From positions 7,493 to 71,492 of the forward strand of contig CAZDVY010000001.1 in the NCBI GenBank assembly GCA_964508935.1: a DNA stretch of 64,000 nt. Reading direction: 5' to 3'. Of this stretch, positions 55,365 to 63,597 are shown in pieces. The DNA comes from an uncultured Candidatus Competibacteraceae bacterium (GTDB taxonomy: Bacteria > Pseudomonadota > Gammaproteobacteria > Competibacterales > Competibacteraceae). A program made the translations under genes and the position numbers. The notes below the pieces were generated by a model. That model saw nothing but the letters and a program-made list of their open reading frames with translations. It made no database searches and had not been told where the DNA came from. How positions within the stretch are numbered: position 1 is the first letter of the stretch; every line of letters begins with the position of its first letter.

Positions 55365-55437
55365 CGGTCCAGATCGGGCGGAATCAGCGCCTGCTCTTCA
55401 TTGTCGCTGATTCCGCCAATCGGTCCAGATTGGACCG
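55365..55437. repeat. Nested inverted/direct repeat element in the maeA-hypothetical divergent intergenic region
   Basis: Reading left to right: cggtccagat (55365-55374). Then a perfect 13-bp stem, ggcggaatcagcg (55377-55389) with cgctgattccgcc (55405-55417), around a 15-nt loop. Then the 7-3-7 palindrome cggtccagattggaccg (55421-55437), which repeats the first decamer. Confidence 0.7.
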
Positions 55438-55653
55438 AATTGGCTTCAGCTCTGTCACAAATTGATAAACAATGTCAATTATTAAAAAGCTTAACGATCA
55501 TCCTGAAGATTGGGTTGAGGTCAACAGTGGAGAGAATTATTAGATTAATCATTAGGATGTTAAATAAGTATGCACTTTAGCAGTTGGGTATGATAGTTGC
55601 TTTATGAGTCTGCACAGGAGTCATTTTCAGGTTAAGCAATTGGAGTCTTTTTT

Positions 55654-56034
55654 ATGAATATGCATCTCCACCGCAAGCAAATCGTTATTTTAGCGCTAGC
55701 TATTGCGTTGGCTGCCGCTTCCTATTGGATTCCCTTGCCACGCCAAACCGACGCTCCACCACCACGGTTGCTTGGCCTCATTGACCAGGCGGCGCCGGTG
55801 GAAGCCATCGCTTATGTCCGGGAACCTGCAACAGTTTGGCGGTTTCCCGTGACTGTACAAGTACCACAGACTCCCATTCAAACTGCTGTCCAGCGGTCGG
55901 CGGCAGAAGTTCATCCACTTCTGTCGTCGCCAGAGGAACGGCAGATCGGCCAACAAGATTTCACTGATGGTGCTCGCTCAACGACCTATCCTTCGTTAGC
56001 ACCGGTCAAGGGACTCGATATTCCTGGGCGCTAA
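55654..56034 (+). CDS. Hypothetical membrane/secreted protein (126 aa)
   Basis: N-terminal hydrophobic segment IVILALAIALAAASYWIPL, then a Pro-rich region. No motif recognised. Sits in an AT-rich spacer. Confidence 0.45.
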   Translation: MNMHLHRKQIVILALAIALAAASYWIPLPRQTDAPPPRLLGLIDQAAPVEAIAYVREPATVWRFPVTVQVPQTPIQTAVQRSAAEVHPLLSSPEERQIGQQDFTDGARSTTYPSLAPVKGLDIPGR

Positions 56035-56317
56035 CTCAAACGGTTCGAAGTTCGATTCGAATATGCTCAGCTTCTGATCCGATTTTCAAAAACCCTGTTC
56101 AACGACAGACTTCTTGTTGCGCGATCGAGCGCAGAATCCTCGGCTACACTATTGTTGCTCTCATTACGGGTATATTCACTTCGGTTGAGACGCGGTTTCA
56201 CGTTCATATCCCCATTACCGCAGACTGACAGGCATACTCTTGTCATAAGCCCTGCGAAGGGAGACACTGAGAAAAATATGAACGAAAATATCCGAAATGC
56301 CGTGGAGGAGCACAACC

Positions 56318-57100
56318 ATGAAACCGTGGATCAATGAAGATGTTTTCAAAAGCTGGACTGACGCCCAGAAGCGCCTATGGGAAAGTCTGTGTTCAGCAGT
56401 GCCGTTCCAGCCGCCCGCCGGCGTCGAAGCGTGGCGCGAAACCTATCTCAAGAATCTGAATACCTGGGAGTCAGCGGTCAAAAAAACCCTCGATCAGGAA
56501 GTGACCTGGGTCGAGCAGTGGGTGCATCGCGTTGCGCACGAACAAGGAACGCCAGAGATGATGGCCGCTTGGGTGCGGCAAATGGAAGAAGTGCTGCAAC
56601 GCTGGATTCAGACGCAGAACCAGTGGTGGGAAGAGTACTTTGCGGTTCTGCGACGGGGTGGGTTCGCCCATCCAGACTGGACTAATCCATCAGCAACATC
56701 GTCTCCCGCTATCGAGCCAGTGGCTGCGAAAGAGCCTGCGGTTGCCGCTGTTAAATCCGCAGTGGCTGAGCCGGAACTCACAGCCGCTCCAACCGGTCCT
56801 GAATCCTCGGTGGCTGCGCCAGCCACAACGATTTCCGAACTCCCGATAGCTGCGCCTGCTTCGGTCACTCTGCCCGTTGAATCGCCTGATGATCTCAAAC
56901 TCATCACCGGCATCGGTCCGGCGCTGGATAAGAAGCTACGCGACTGCGACATTACGACTTACCGGCAACTGGCTACGCTGAAAGACGCCGACATCGAACG
57001 GATCGAAGCGATCATCAAATCCTTCGGGCGCATCCGCCGCGATGACTGGATCGGTCAGGCGCGGGCGCGGCATTTCGAGAAATATCAGGAAACACTCTGA
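56318..57100 (+). CDS. Hypothetical protein: Trp-rich helical N-domain, Ala/Pro linker, C-terminal helix-hairpin-helix motif
   Basis: ATG 56318 with GGAGGAG 8-9 nt upstream (ATG 56297 also possible). The N-terminus WINEDVFKSWTDAQKRLWESL...WVEQWVHRV...WIQTQNQWWEEYF is loosely phasin/PhaE-like. The C-terminus is DDLKLITGIGPALDKKLRDCDITTYRQLA...RRDDWIGQA (HhH). Its stop lies 3 nt before asnS. Confidence 0.55.
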   Translation: MKPWINEDVFKSWTDAQKRLWESLCSAVPFQPPAGVEAWRETYLKNLNTWESAVKKTLDQEVTWVEQWVHRVAHEQGTPEMMAAWVRQMEEVLQRWIQTQNQWWEEYFAVLRRGGFAHPDWTNPSATSSPAIEPVAAKEPAVAAVKSAVAEPELTAAPTGPESSVAAPATTISELPIAAPASVTLPVESPDDLKLITGIGPALDKKLRDCDITTYRQLATLKDADIERIEAIIKSFGRIRRDDWIGQARARHFEKYQETL

Positions 57101-57103
57101 TCC

Positions 57104-58504
57104 ATGCCCGTTCATACCATTGCCGCTCTCTTGAGTGGTCAGGTTCCGCTGGGCAGCCGGATTACCGCGCAGGGCTGGGTGCGCACCCGCCGGGACTCGA
57201 AGGCCGGCCTGTCTTTCGTGACGCTGCATGACGGCTCCTGCTTTGAACCGTTGCAGATCGTCGCGCCTGCCGATTTGCCCAACTACGCCAGTGAAGTGGT
57301 CCACCTCACCGCCGGTTGCGCCGTGCGCGCCAGTGGCGAACTGGTCGCGTCGTCCGGCAAGGGCCAGACCGTTGAACTGCGGGTCGACCAGCTTGACGTG
57401 ATCGGTTGGGTCGAGGACCCGGAAACCTATCCCATCGCACCCAAGGCGCACAGCTTCGAATATCTGCGGACCGTCGCACATCTGCGGCCGCGCACTAGCA
57501 GTATCGGTGCGGTGGCGCGGGTCCGGCATAGCCTGGCGCAGGCGATCCAGCGCTTTTTCCACGAGCAGGGCTATTGCTGGATTCACACGCCGATTATCAC
57601 CGCCAGCGATTGCGAAGGTGCGGGCGCATTATTCCGGGTCAGTACGCTGGACGCGGTCAATCCGCCCCGGACCGCAGAAGGCGGCGCCGATTTCGATCAG
57701 GACTTTTTCGGGTGCGAAACCTTTCTGACCGTCTCTGGGCAACTCAACGTCGAGGCGTATTGCCTGGCGCTGTCCAAGGTCTACACTTTTGGCCCCACCT
57801 TCCGCGCTGAGAACTCCAACACCAGCCGTCACCTGGCAGAATTCTGGATGGTGGAGCCGGAAACCGCCTTCGCCGACCTGCACGCCAACGCTGATCTGGC
57901 CGAGGCGTTGCTGAAGTTTATCTTCCACGCCGTACTAGAAGAACGCGCCGACGACCTAGCCTTTTTTGCCCAGCGGATTGACAAAACCTGTATTCAGCGG
58001 CTGGAACAGGTCGTGCGCTCGCCGTTTGAACGCATGGACTACAGCGAGGCGATACGCATTCTGCAGCAGGCTAGGCGATCCTTCGAGTTTCCCATCCGGT
58101 GGGGGATCGATCTCCAGTCCGAACATGAGCGCTATCTGACCGAAGACTTCGTCGGTCGGCCCCTGGTGCTAATGAACTATCCTAAAGCCATCAAGAGCTT
58201 TTACATGCGCGTGAACGACGATGGCCGCACGGTCGCGGCCATGGACGTGCTGGCGCCGGGCATTGGCGAGATCATCGGCGGCAGTCAGCGTGAGGAGCGG
58301 CTGGACGTGCTGGATGCGCGACTAGATGAATTGGGAATGAATAAAACCACCTATAATTGGTATCGGGATTTGCGCCGCTATGGCAGCGTGCCCCATGCCG
58401 GTTTCGGATTAGGCTTCGAGCGCACAGTCAGCTATGTCACCGGCATGAGCAATGTGCGCGACGTAATCCCGTTCCCGCGTACACCGCGCAGTGCGGATTT
58501 CTAG
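57104..58504 (+). CDS. asnS: Asparagine--tRNA ligase
   Basis: 466 aa. [43 protein letters not shown] (class II motif 2) and GFGLGFER (motif 3). Confidence 0.93.
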   Translation: MPVHTIAALLSGQVPLGSRITAQGWVRTRRDSKAGLSFVTLHDGSCFEPLQIVAPADLPNYASEVVHLTAGCAVRASGELVASSGKGQTVELRVDQLDVIGWVEDPETYPIAPKAHSFEYLRTVAHLRPRTSSIGAVARVRHSLAQAIQRFFHEQGYCWIHTPIITASDCEGAGALFRVSTLDAVNPPRTAEGGADFDQDFFGCETFLTVSGQLNVEAYCLALSKVYTFGPTFRAENSNTSRHLAEFWMVEPETAFADLHANADLAEALLKFIFHAVLEERADDLAFFAQRIDKTCIQRLEQVVRSPFERMDYSEAIRILQQARRSFEFPIRWGIDLQSEHERYLTEDFVGRPLVLMNYPKAIKSFYMRVNDDGRTVAAMDVLAPGIGEIIGGSQREERLDVLDARLDELGMNKTTYNWYRDLRRYGSVPHAGFGLGFERTVSYVTGMSNVRDVIPFPRTPRSADF

Positions 58505-58523
58505 GCTTTCAATGAATTGACCG

Positions 58524-60446
58524 ATGACTATGGTGCAACCGACCACGCCCTCCAAGAGTAGCGCCCGCCGCGCTAATGCGTTGCCGTCCGCCTGCCTGTT
58601 GGATGAGTATCGCATCGACTCCATTCTGGGCGCGGGCGGTTTTGGCGTGACCTACAAGGCGCTGGATACGCACTTGGAGACTTGGGTCGCCATCAAGGAA
58701 TATTTCCCGGTCGAATGGTCGTTCCGCGATGCGGATGGCGTCACGGTGCACCCGAACACCCAAGGCGCAACCAGCGGCCCCGAAGGACAATTGTCAGACT
58801 ATCTCTGGGGGTTGGAGCGCTTTCTCGATGAGGCGCGGGTGCTGGCGCGAGTCCAGCACCCTTATGTGGTTCGGGTAAAGCGCTATTTTCGAGCGCACGG
58901 CACTGCCTACATCGTGATGGATTATGAGGAAGGCGAACCGCTGAGCACCGTTCTGCGCGATGGGGAGACGCTCGGCGAGGATGAGGTGCGCGGCCTGCTC
59001 GAAGATGTGCTTCCGGCGCTGCAGGCTGTCCATGAACAAGGCTATCTGCACCGCGATATCAAGCCCTCCAATCTTTATGTTCGTTCCAGCGATCACCGGG
59101 TCATTCTGATCGACTTCGGCGCAGCGCGGGAGGCGGTGGGCCGACACAGCAAAAGCGTGACCAGTCTGGTGACGCCAGGCTATTCACCGCCGGAACAGTA
59201 CACGACCCGCAATGATCGCTATGGAACCTGGACTGATGTCTACGCCCTCGGCGCTGTACTGTATCGTTGTATCGCTGGTCGCGCTCCGATCGAAGCGGCT
59301 GAACGGCTGCTGGATGACAATCTGGAGCCGGCGATCAAGGTGGGCGCTGGGCGCTACAGCACCAATTTGTTAGAGGTGATTGACCGGGCTTTGGCGGTGC
59401 GTCCGGAACAGCGATTCCTCACCGTGGCCGATATGCAAGCGGCCTTAGCCGGTCCGCAGGATGAGAGCAGCAGCCAGACAGTGATCATGATGCCGCAGGC
59501 CAAGCCGATTAAGCTGGCGCAGCCACTGGGAATATCGCGGATTACTCAACCTCCAGAGAGGTTGGCGGAAGAATCGAACAAGAACAGTCAGCACGACGAG
59601 TTGATGAATATGACGCAGACGCCCACTGCCGCTGACTCTCAACTGCAACGACAGAAACTCCTGCATGTATCACCGTCAGGTGGAGCGGCGTCCCGATGGC
59701 GGCTACCGATCATGCTGGCCGGCGGCGTGACGCTGATGGCGACGGCGGCGATCATCGTCTGGCTCGGATCATCCGAACCGGTACTGGAGCGCACCCCAGT
59801 CTCGGAACAGAAACCGCCGCCTCGCTACAGTCTGAATCAGGGAGAGTTGACCCCATCACCGGCGTCGGTTGAAGCGCCGGTTGTGGTGACAACGCCGCCA
59901 GCGGTCACAGCACCGGAAGCTGCTCCTGCGGCGCCGCCGCCAGCTACGGCGCCCATCTCGCGTGATGCAGTCGAATCTCCGATTCCGGTGGAAAAGGGTT
60001 TAACGAGTCCACCGATTCCGGTAGAAGCACCGATTGTCGAGGGTGGGCCGGAACCATCCGATTCAGGCAGCCGTCCTCCGGCAGCGCAGGATCTGGAAAA
60101 ACCGCCGATTACCGGACCGGGCCAGCAATCAGTCGATACGGGAAAAACGCCGGAAGCAACCCCTGTGGAAAGCGCGCCGTTGCCTGGCCAGACTCCTGCC
60201 GTGACCACTAAGCCATCGGCTGATGCGTCAGCCGCGCAGGCAGTCAAGCCAAAACAGAAACTTCAAGCGAGCGACGCCAAACCACCGCCGAAACGACCTG
60301 CACGGCAAAGAACTGCCCGGAAGCGCAAAGAGCAACCGATCGTTGTTGCGCCGGATCAACCGGTTCAGACGCGGCCAGCACCGGTTGCGCCGAAGCGCAA
60401 TAATCTCTGGGATGCGCCCACTGACTCGGGATTCAACCAAAAATGA
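58524..60446 (+). CDS. Receptor Ser/Thr protein kinase with TM helix and Pro-rich/basic low-complexity ectodomain (locus C)
   Basis: LGAGGFGVTY, VAIKEYFP, HRDIKPSNL, LIDFGAAR and TPGYSPPEQY. TM helix WRLPIMLAGGVTLMATAAIIVWL (about 59695-59765). The tail is rich in P/A/V and ends KPPPKRPARQRTARKRKEQP. No FGE fold. Confidence 0.85.
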   Translation: MTMVQPTTPSKSSARRANALPSACLLDEYRIDSILGAGGFGVTYKALDTHLETWVAIKEYFPVEWSFRDADGVTVHPNTQGATSGPEGQLSDYLWGLERFLDEARVLARVQHPYVVRVKRYFRAHGTAYIVMDYEEGEPLSTVLRDGETLGEDEVRGLLEDVLPALQAVHEQGYLHRDIKPSNLYVRSSDHRVILIDFGAAREAVGRHSKSVTSLVTPGYSPPEQYTTRNDRYGTWTDVYALGAVLYRCIAGRAPIEAAERLLDDNLEPAIKVGAGRYSTNLLEVIDRALAVRPEQRFLTVADMQAALAGPQDESSSQTVIMMPQAKPIKLAQPLGISRITQPPERLAEESNKNSQHDELMNMTQTPTAADSQLQRQKLLHVSPSGGAASRWRLPIMLAGGVTLMATAAIIVWLGSSEPVLERTPVSEQKPPPRYSLNQGELTPSPASVEAPVVVTTPPAVTAPEAAPAAPPPATAPISRDAVESPIPVEKGLTSPPIPVEAPIVEGGPEPSDSGSRPPAAQDLEKPPITGPGQQSVDTGKTPEATPVESAPLPGQTPAVTTKPSADASAAQAVKPKQKLQASDAKPPPKRPARQRTARKRKEQPIVVAPDQPVQTRPAPVAPKRNNLWDAPTDSGFNQK

Positions 60447-60796
60447 AATTCAATCTGTGGCCTTTTTTACGCCGACGGCGTGAATCGATGGAAACAGTAC
60501 CGGTCCGGGCGCGGTTTATCCGTACTGATTCGGTAGGCAAAGGAGATCTGCGTCTGCGCTCAGCCTTATGCCGCCTGGGCCGGGCGCCAGACAACGACAT
60601 AAGCTTTGATAATGACTCGGTTTCCGGGCGTCATGCCGAGGTCTATTACCTGCCTGATGGTTCATTTCAAATCTGTGATTTGAATTCCACCAACGGTACT
60701 TTCGTCAACGGACAGCGGGTTCAAAGTCAACTTCTCAAGAATGGCGATGTGGTGGAATTAGGCGAAGTGCGCTTGCATTTCCGGGTCGGCGATTAG
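60443..60796 (+). CDS. FHA-domain protein 1 (locus C)
   Basis: Its ATG overlaps the kinase TGA (ATGA at 60443-60446). LGRAPDNDISFDNDSVSGRHAEV...ICDLNSTNGTFVNGQRV is a canonical FHA signature (G-R...S-x-x-H...N-G). Confidence 0.85.
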   Translation: MKFNLWPFLRRRRESMETVPVRARFIRTDSVGKGDLRLRSALCRLGRAPDNDISFDNDSVSGRHAEVYYLPDGSFQICDLNSTNGTFVNGQRVQSQLLKNGDVVELGEVRLHFRVGD

Positions 60797-60811
60797 GTCA
60801 GGGTAGGATTT

Positions 60812-61324
60812 ATGCCTCTTTATCGTGGTTTTAAAAAAGGGAGCTCATCCCCGAGCCCACCCGTTGAACCCACCCGGCGTATCGCCCGTCCCGAATCGGC
60901 GAATCGATCCCGTACGGATGGATCGCCGGTCGCCGAATCATCGGCGGCGATTCCAGCTACAACAACTCAAGATACGCTCTCCAAACTGGTGGTTGGCTGG
61001 CTAGTGGTGATTGGGGGTCCTGGGCGAGGCCAGGCGCTGCCATTGGGGTATGGCGTCAACGACATTGGGCGAGGCGCAGGTGCACGCATCCGGCTGGATT
61101 TTGGCGATGCGACGATTGCCTCCGAAAATCAGGCCGCCATCATTTACACCATGCGCTCCCGGCACTTCTATTTGCAATCAGTCGCTGCAGAAACCTGGCT
61201 CAATGGGCGTCCGGTTCGAGAATCGGTCGAGCTGAAAGGCGGCGAGACCTTGCAGATAGGACAGACCCGCCTGCGGTTTGCGCCACTGTGCGGCCCGGAT
61301 TTCGACTGGTGCGCTGCTCACTGA
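60812..61324 (+). CDS. FHA-like domain protein 2 (locus C)
   Basis: Disordered N-terminus, then LVVIGGPGRGQALPLGYGVNDIGRGAGARIRLDFGDATIASENQAAIIY...TWLNGRPV...LQIGQTRLRF. FHA-like topology, but with SENQ in place of the S-x-x-H phosphothreonine-binding motif. Confidence 0.65.
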   Translation: MPLYRGFKKGSSSPSPPVEPTRRIARPESANRSRTDGSPVAESSAAIPATTTQDTLSKLVVGWLVVIGGPGRGQALPLGYGVNDIGRGAGARIRLDFGDATIASENQAAIIYTMRSRHFYLQSVAAETWLNGRPVRESVELKGGETLQIGQTRLRFAPLCGPDFDWCAAH

Positions 61325-61339
61325 CACGGAGAGGGCGAT

Positions 61340-62179
61340 ATGGCGGCGTGGATTCATGATGAAGGCATGGCGCAAGGCAGCCGTTCCCGCCAGGAAGATG
61401 ACTATGGAGTATTTGAGTTGCCACCGGAGCTGGGCGCAGGTGACTTGTTGCTGGTGCTGGCTGATGGCATGGGCGGCGAGCAAGGCGGCGCCCGGGCCAG
61501 TGAGTTGGCAGTGCGCAGTTTTATCGGCACTTACGACACGGTGTCCGCAGTGACGATTCCTGAACGCCTCGAACGCACGCTAATCCAGGTAAACGCACAA
61601 ATGGCGCTGGAAGCGGCGACAGATCCGGAAAAGTTGAACGGCATGGGTTGTACTTTACTGGCAGTGGTGTTGGCTGAGGAAGGCCTGTACTGGATCAGCG
61701 TCGGTGATTCGCCGCTGTGGCTGTGGCGGCGGGGACGGTTGCATCGTCTAAACCAAGACCACGCCTATCGCAGCATCCTGGCGCGCCAGGTCTCGATCGG
61801 CGAGATCAGCGCAGAAGCCGCCGCCCGGCATCCCGATCGTAACGCACTGATGAGCGCAGTTACCGGTGATACTCTGGACTTGATAGACCTGCCGCGTCAG
61901 GCCTGCGCGCTCCGGCGCAGCGATCAGATTCTGCTGGCGAGCGATGGCGTACTGACGTTGAATGAGCAAGAGATTGCAGCAGTGTTGGCGAATCATCGGG
62001 TGAATGGAACACCCTGTCAGTCATTGCTGGCGGCGATAGCCGCCCATGGGCGTCCGCAGCAAGACAACATCACTGTGTTATGGGCGCGTTCGGCAAACTA
62101 TTCACCCAACGGCTCGTGGTGGCGTCGTTGGTGGGAATCGTTGGCCCAAAGCCGAGTCCACTCCCAGCCAGCCGAATAA
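61340..62179 (+). CDS. PP2C-family Ser/Thr protein phosphatase (locus C)
   Basis: SRQEDDYGVF, LVLADGMGGEQGGARASE, LLASDGVLT and QQDNITVLWAR. 279 aa. Its Trp/Arg-rich tail overlaps the convergent HAD phosphatase gene. Confidence 0.85.
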   Translation: MAAWIHDEGMAQGSRSRQEDDYGVFELPPELGAGDLLLVLADGMGGEQGGARASELAVRSFIGTYDTVSAVTIPERLERTLIQVNAQMALEAATDPEKLNGMGCTLLAVVLAEEGLYWISVGDSPLWLWRRGRLHRLNQDHAYRSILARQVSIGEISAEAAARHPDRNALMSAVTGDTLDLIDLPRQACALRRSDQILLASDGVLTLNEQEIAAVLANHRVNGTPCQSLLAAIAAHGRPQQDNITVLWARSANYSPNGSWWRRWWESLAQSRVHSQPAE

Positions 62180-62830
62180 ATCAACAGGCTGTTCCAGGAA
62201 TCCATCCGCTCCCCATGCCCCAGGCTGATCTTCGGCGCTCAGATAACCAAACCCTGCCACCAAGGCGATCATCCCCGCACGCTTACCCGCCTCCATATCC
62301 CGCTCAGCATCGCCGACATAGAGTGAGCGGCCGGGTGCAACCTTAATTTGCTCGCAGGCACACCACAACGGCTCCGGATCCGGTTTGCGTTTATTCAGGG
62401 TATCGCCGCTGACCACGCAAGCGGCCCGCGTCCACAATCCCAGCGCCTTCATTAGTGGTTCCGTCAGCCAACCCGGTTTGTTAGTGACCACTCCCCAGAG
62501 AATTGCCCGGTCTTCCAGATACGCCAGCACCTCGGCCATGCCGGGAAACAGCGTGGTCTCGATGGCGATGGCTTCCCGGTACAGTTCCAGAAATCGCTGG
62601 TTGCATTCGGCATACAACGGGTCGTCGCTCTCCAGTCCCAGTCCCGCTTTGAGCATTCCCGGCGAACCGTGTGACACCGTGGAGCGGATCGCTGCGAGCT
62701 CGGGTTCGGGTAACCCACGCTCACGGCAAAGCCGACGCAGCGCTCTCAACAAATCCGGTGCGGTATCCAGCAGCGTGCCATCCAGATCGAACAGCACACC
62801 CTCAGGCGGCACAGCGCCGGTGGCGATCAT
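62102..62830 (-). CDS. HAD-superfamily phosphatase (phosphoglycolate phosphatase Gph / MurNAc-6-P phosphatase MupP-like)
   Basis: HAD motifs [19 protein letters not shown] and LYVGDAERD. Its ATG overlaps the ubiG TGA (ATGA). In Pseudomonas the HAD gene downstream of ubiG is mupP, so Gph versus MupP cannot be decided here. Confidence 0.8.
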   Translation of the reverse strand: MIATGAVPPEGVLFDLDGTLLDTAPDLLRALRRLCRERGLPEPELAAIRSTVSHGSPGMLKAGLGLESDDPLYAECNQRFLELYREAIAIETTLFPGMAEVLAYLEDRAILWGVVTNKPGWLTEPLMKALGLWTRAACVVSGDTLNKRKPDPEPLWCACEQIKVAPGRSLYVGDAERDMEAGKRAGMIALVAGFGYLSAEDQPGAWGADGFLEQPVDLFGWLGVDSALGQRFPPTTPPRAVG

Positions 62831-63543
62831 AAAGCGTCTGGCCGGCAGTGGACCATGTAGTTGACCGATACGCCCGGTCCCAGCCAGTAGCGACCCGTCA
62901 GCGGGTTGTGATGCAGGCCGGTCAATTCCCGAATGGTCAGGCCCGCCGCCCGCGCCCAGCCATCCAGTTCCGAAGGGCGGATAAACTTGCGGTAGTCGTG
63001 GGTGCCTTTGGGCAACATGCGCAGCACGTATTCCACGCCAATGATGACGAACAGATAGGACTTGGGATTGCGGTTGATGGTGGAGAAGATCACATGCCCC
63101 GCTGGTTTCGCCAACCGGACGCAGGCGCGAATGGTCGAAGCCGGGTCGGGAACATGCTCCAGCATCTCCATGCAGGTTACGACATCAAAACTGGCGGGTT
63201 CGCGCTCCGCCAGTTCCTCTGCAGCGAGGCGCTGGTAGTCGAGCGTTGCCCCGGATTCCAGCTGGTGTAATCGCGCCACCGCCAGTGGCGCTTCGCCCAG
63301 GTCGATACCCAACACCTGCGCGCCGCGCAGCGCCATACTCTCGGCGAGGATGCCGCCACCGCAGCCGACATCGAGGATGCGTTTGCCGGCCAGACCGCCA
63401 ACCCGCTGGTCGATATAGTCCAGGCGCAACGGATTGATGTCGTGCAGCGGTTTAAACTCACTGTCCGGGTCCCACCAGCGGCTGGCGAGTTCCTCGAATT
63501 TGGCGATTTCCTGATAATCCACGTTCGGCTGAGCAGTAGTCAT
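62827..63543 (-). CDS. ubiG: Ubiquinone biosynthesis O-methyltransferase
   Basis: [33 protein letters not shown] and SAM motif [16 protein letters not shown]. 238 aa. Confidence 0.92.
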   Translation of the reverse strand: MTTAQPNVDYQEIAKFEELASRWWDPDSEFKPLHDINPLRLDYIDQRVGGLAGKRILDVGCGGGILAESMALRGAQVLGIDLGEAPLAVARLHQLESGATLDYQRLAAEELAEREPASFDVVTCMEMLEHVPDPASTIRACVRLAKPAGHVIFSTINRNPKSYLFVIIGVEYVLRMLPKGTHDYRKFIRPSELDGWARAAGLTIRELTGLHHNPLTGRYWLGPGVSVNYMVHCRPDAL

Positions 63544-63597
63544 GTCCGGGGTTCCATTGAAGAAGAGTCTGGTGGTTTGACCAGGGGATGCGGCCGT

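Noticed and set aside
56278-56337. 19-codon upstream ORF (MNENIRNAVEEHNHETVDQ) overlapping the start of the 56318 gene, considered as a leader peptide
   Set aside because: It has a poorly spaced RBS, no attenuator-like structure that I could see, and no conservation evidence available. Noted only as a possibility.
58524-62179. Kinase-FHA-FHA-PP2C string considered as part of a type VI secretion regulatory (PpkA/Fha/PppA) locus
   Set aside because: No T6SS structural genes (tssA-M, hcp, vgrG) occur anywhere in the window, and the flanks are asnS and ubiG-mupP. The analogy is kept only as a mechanistic precedent.
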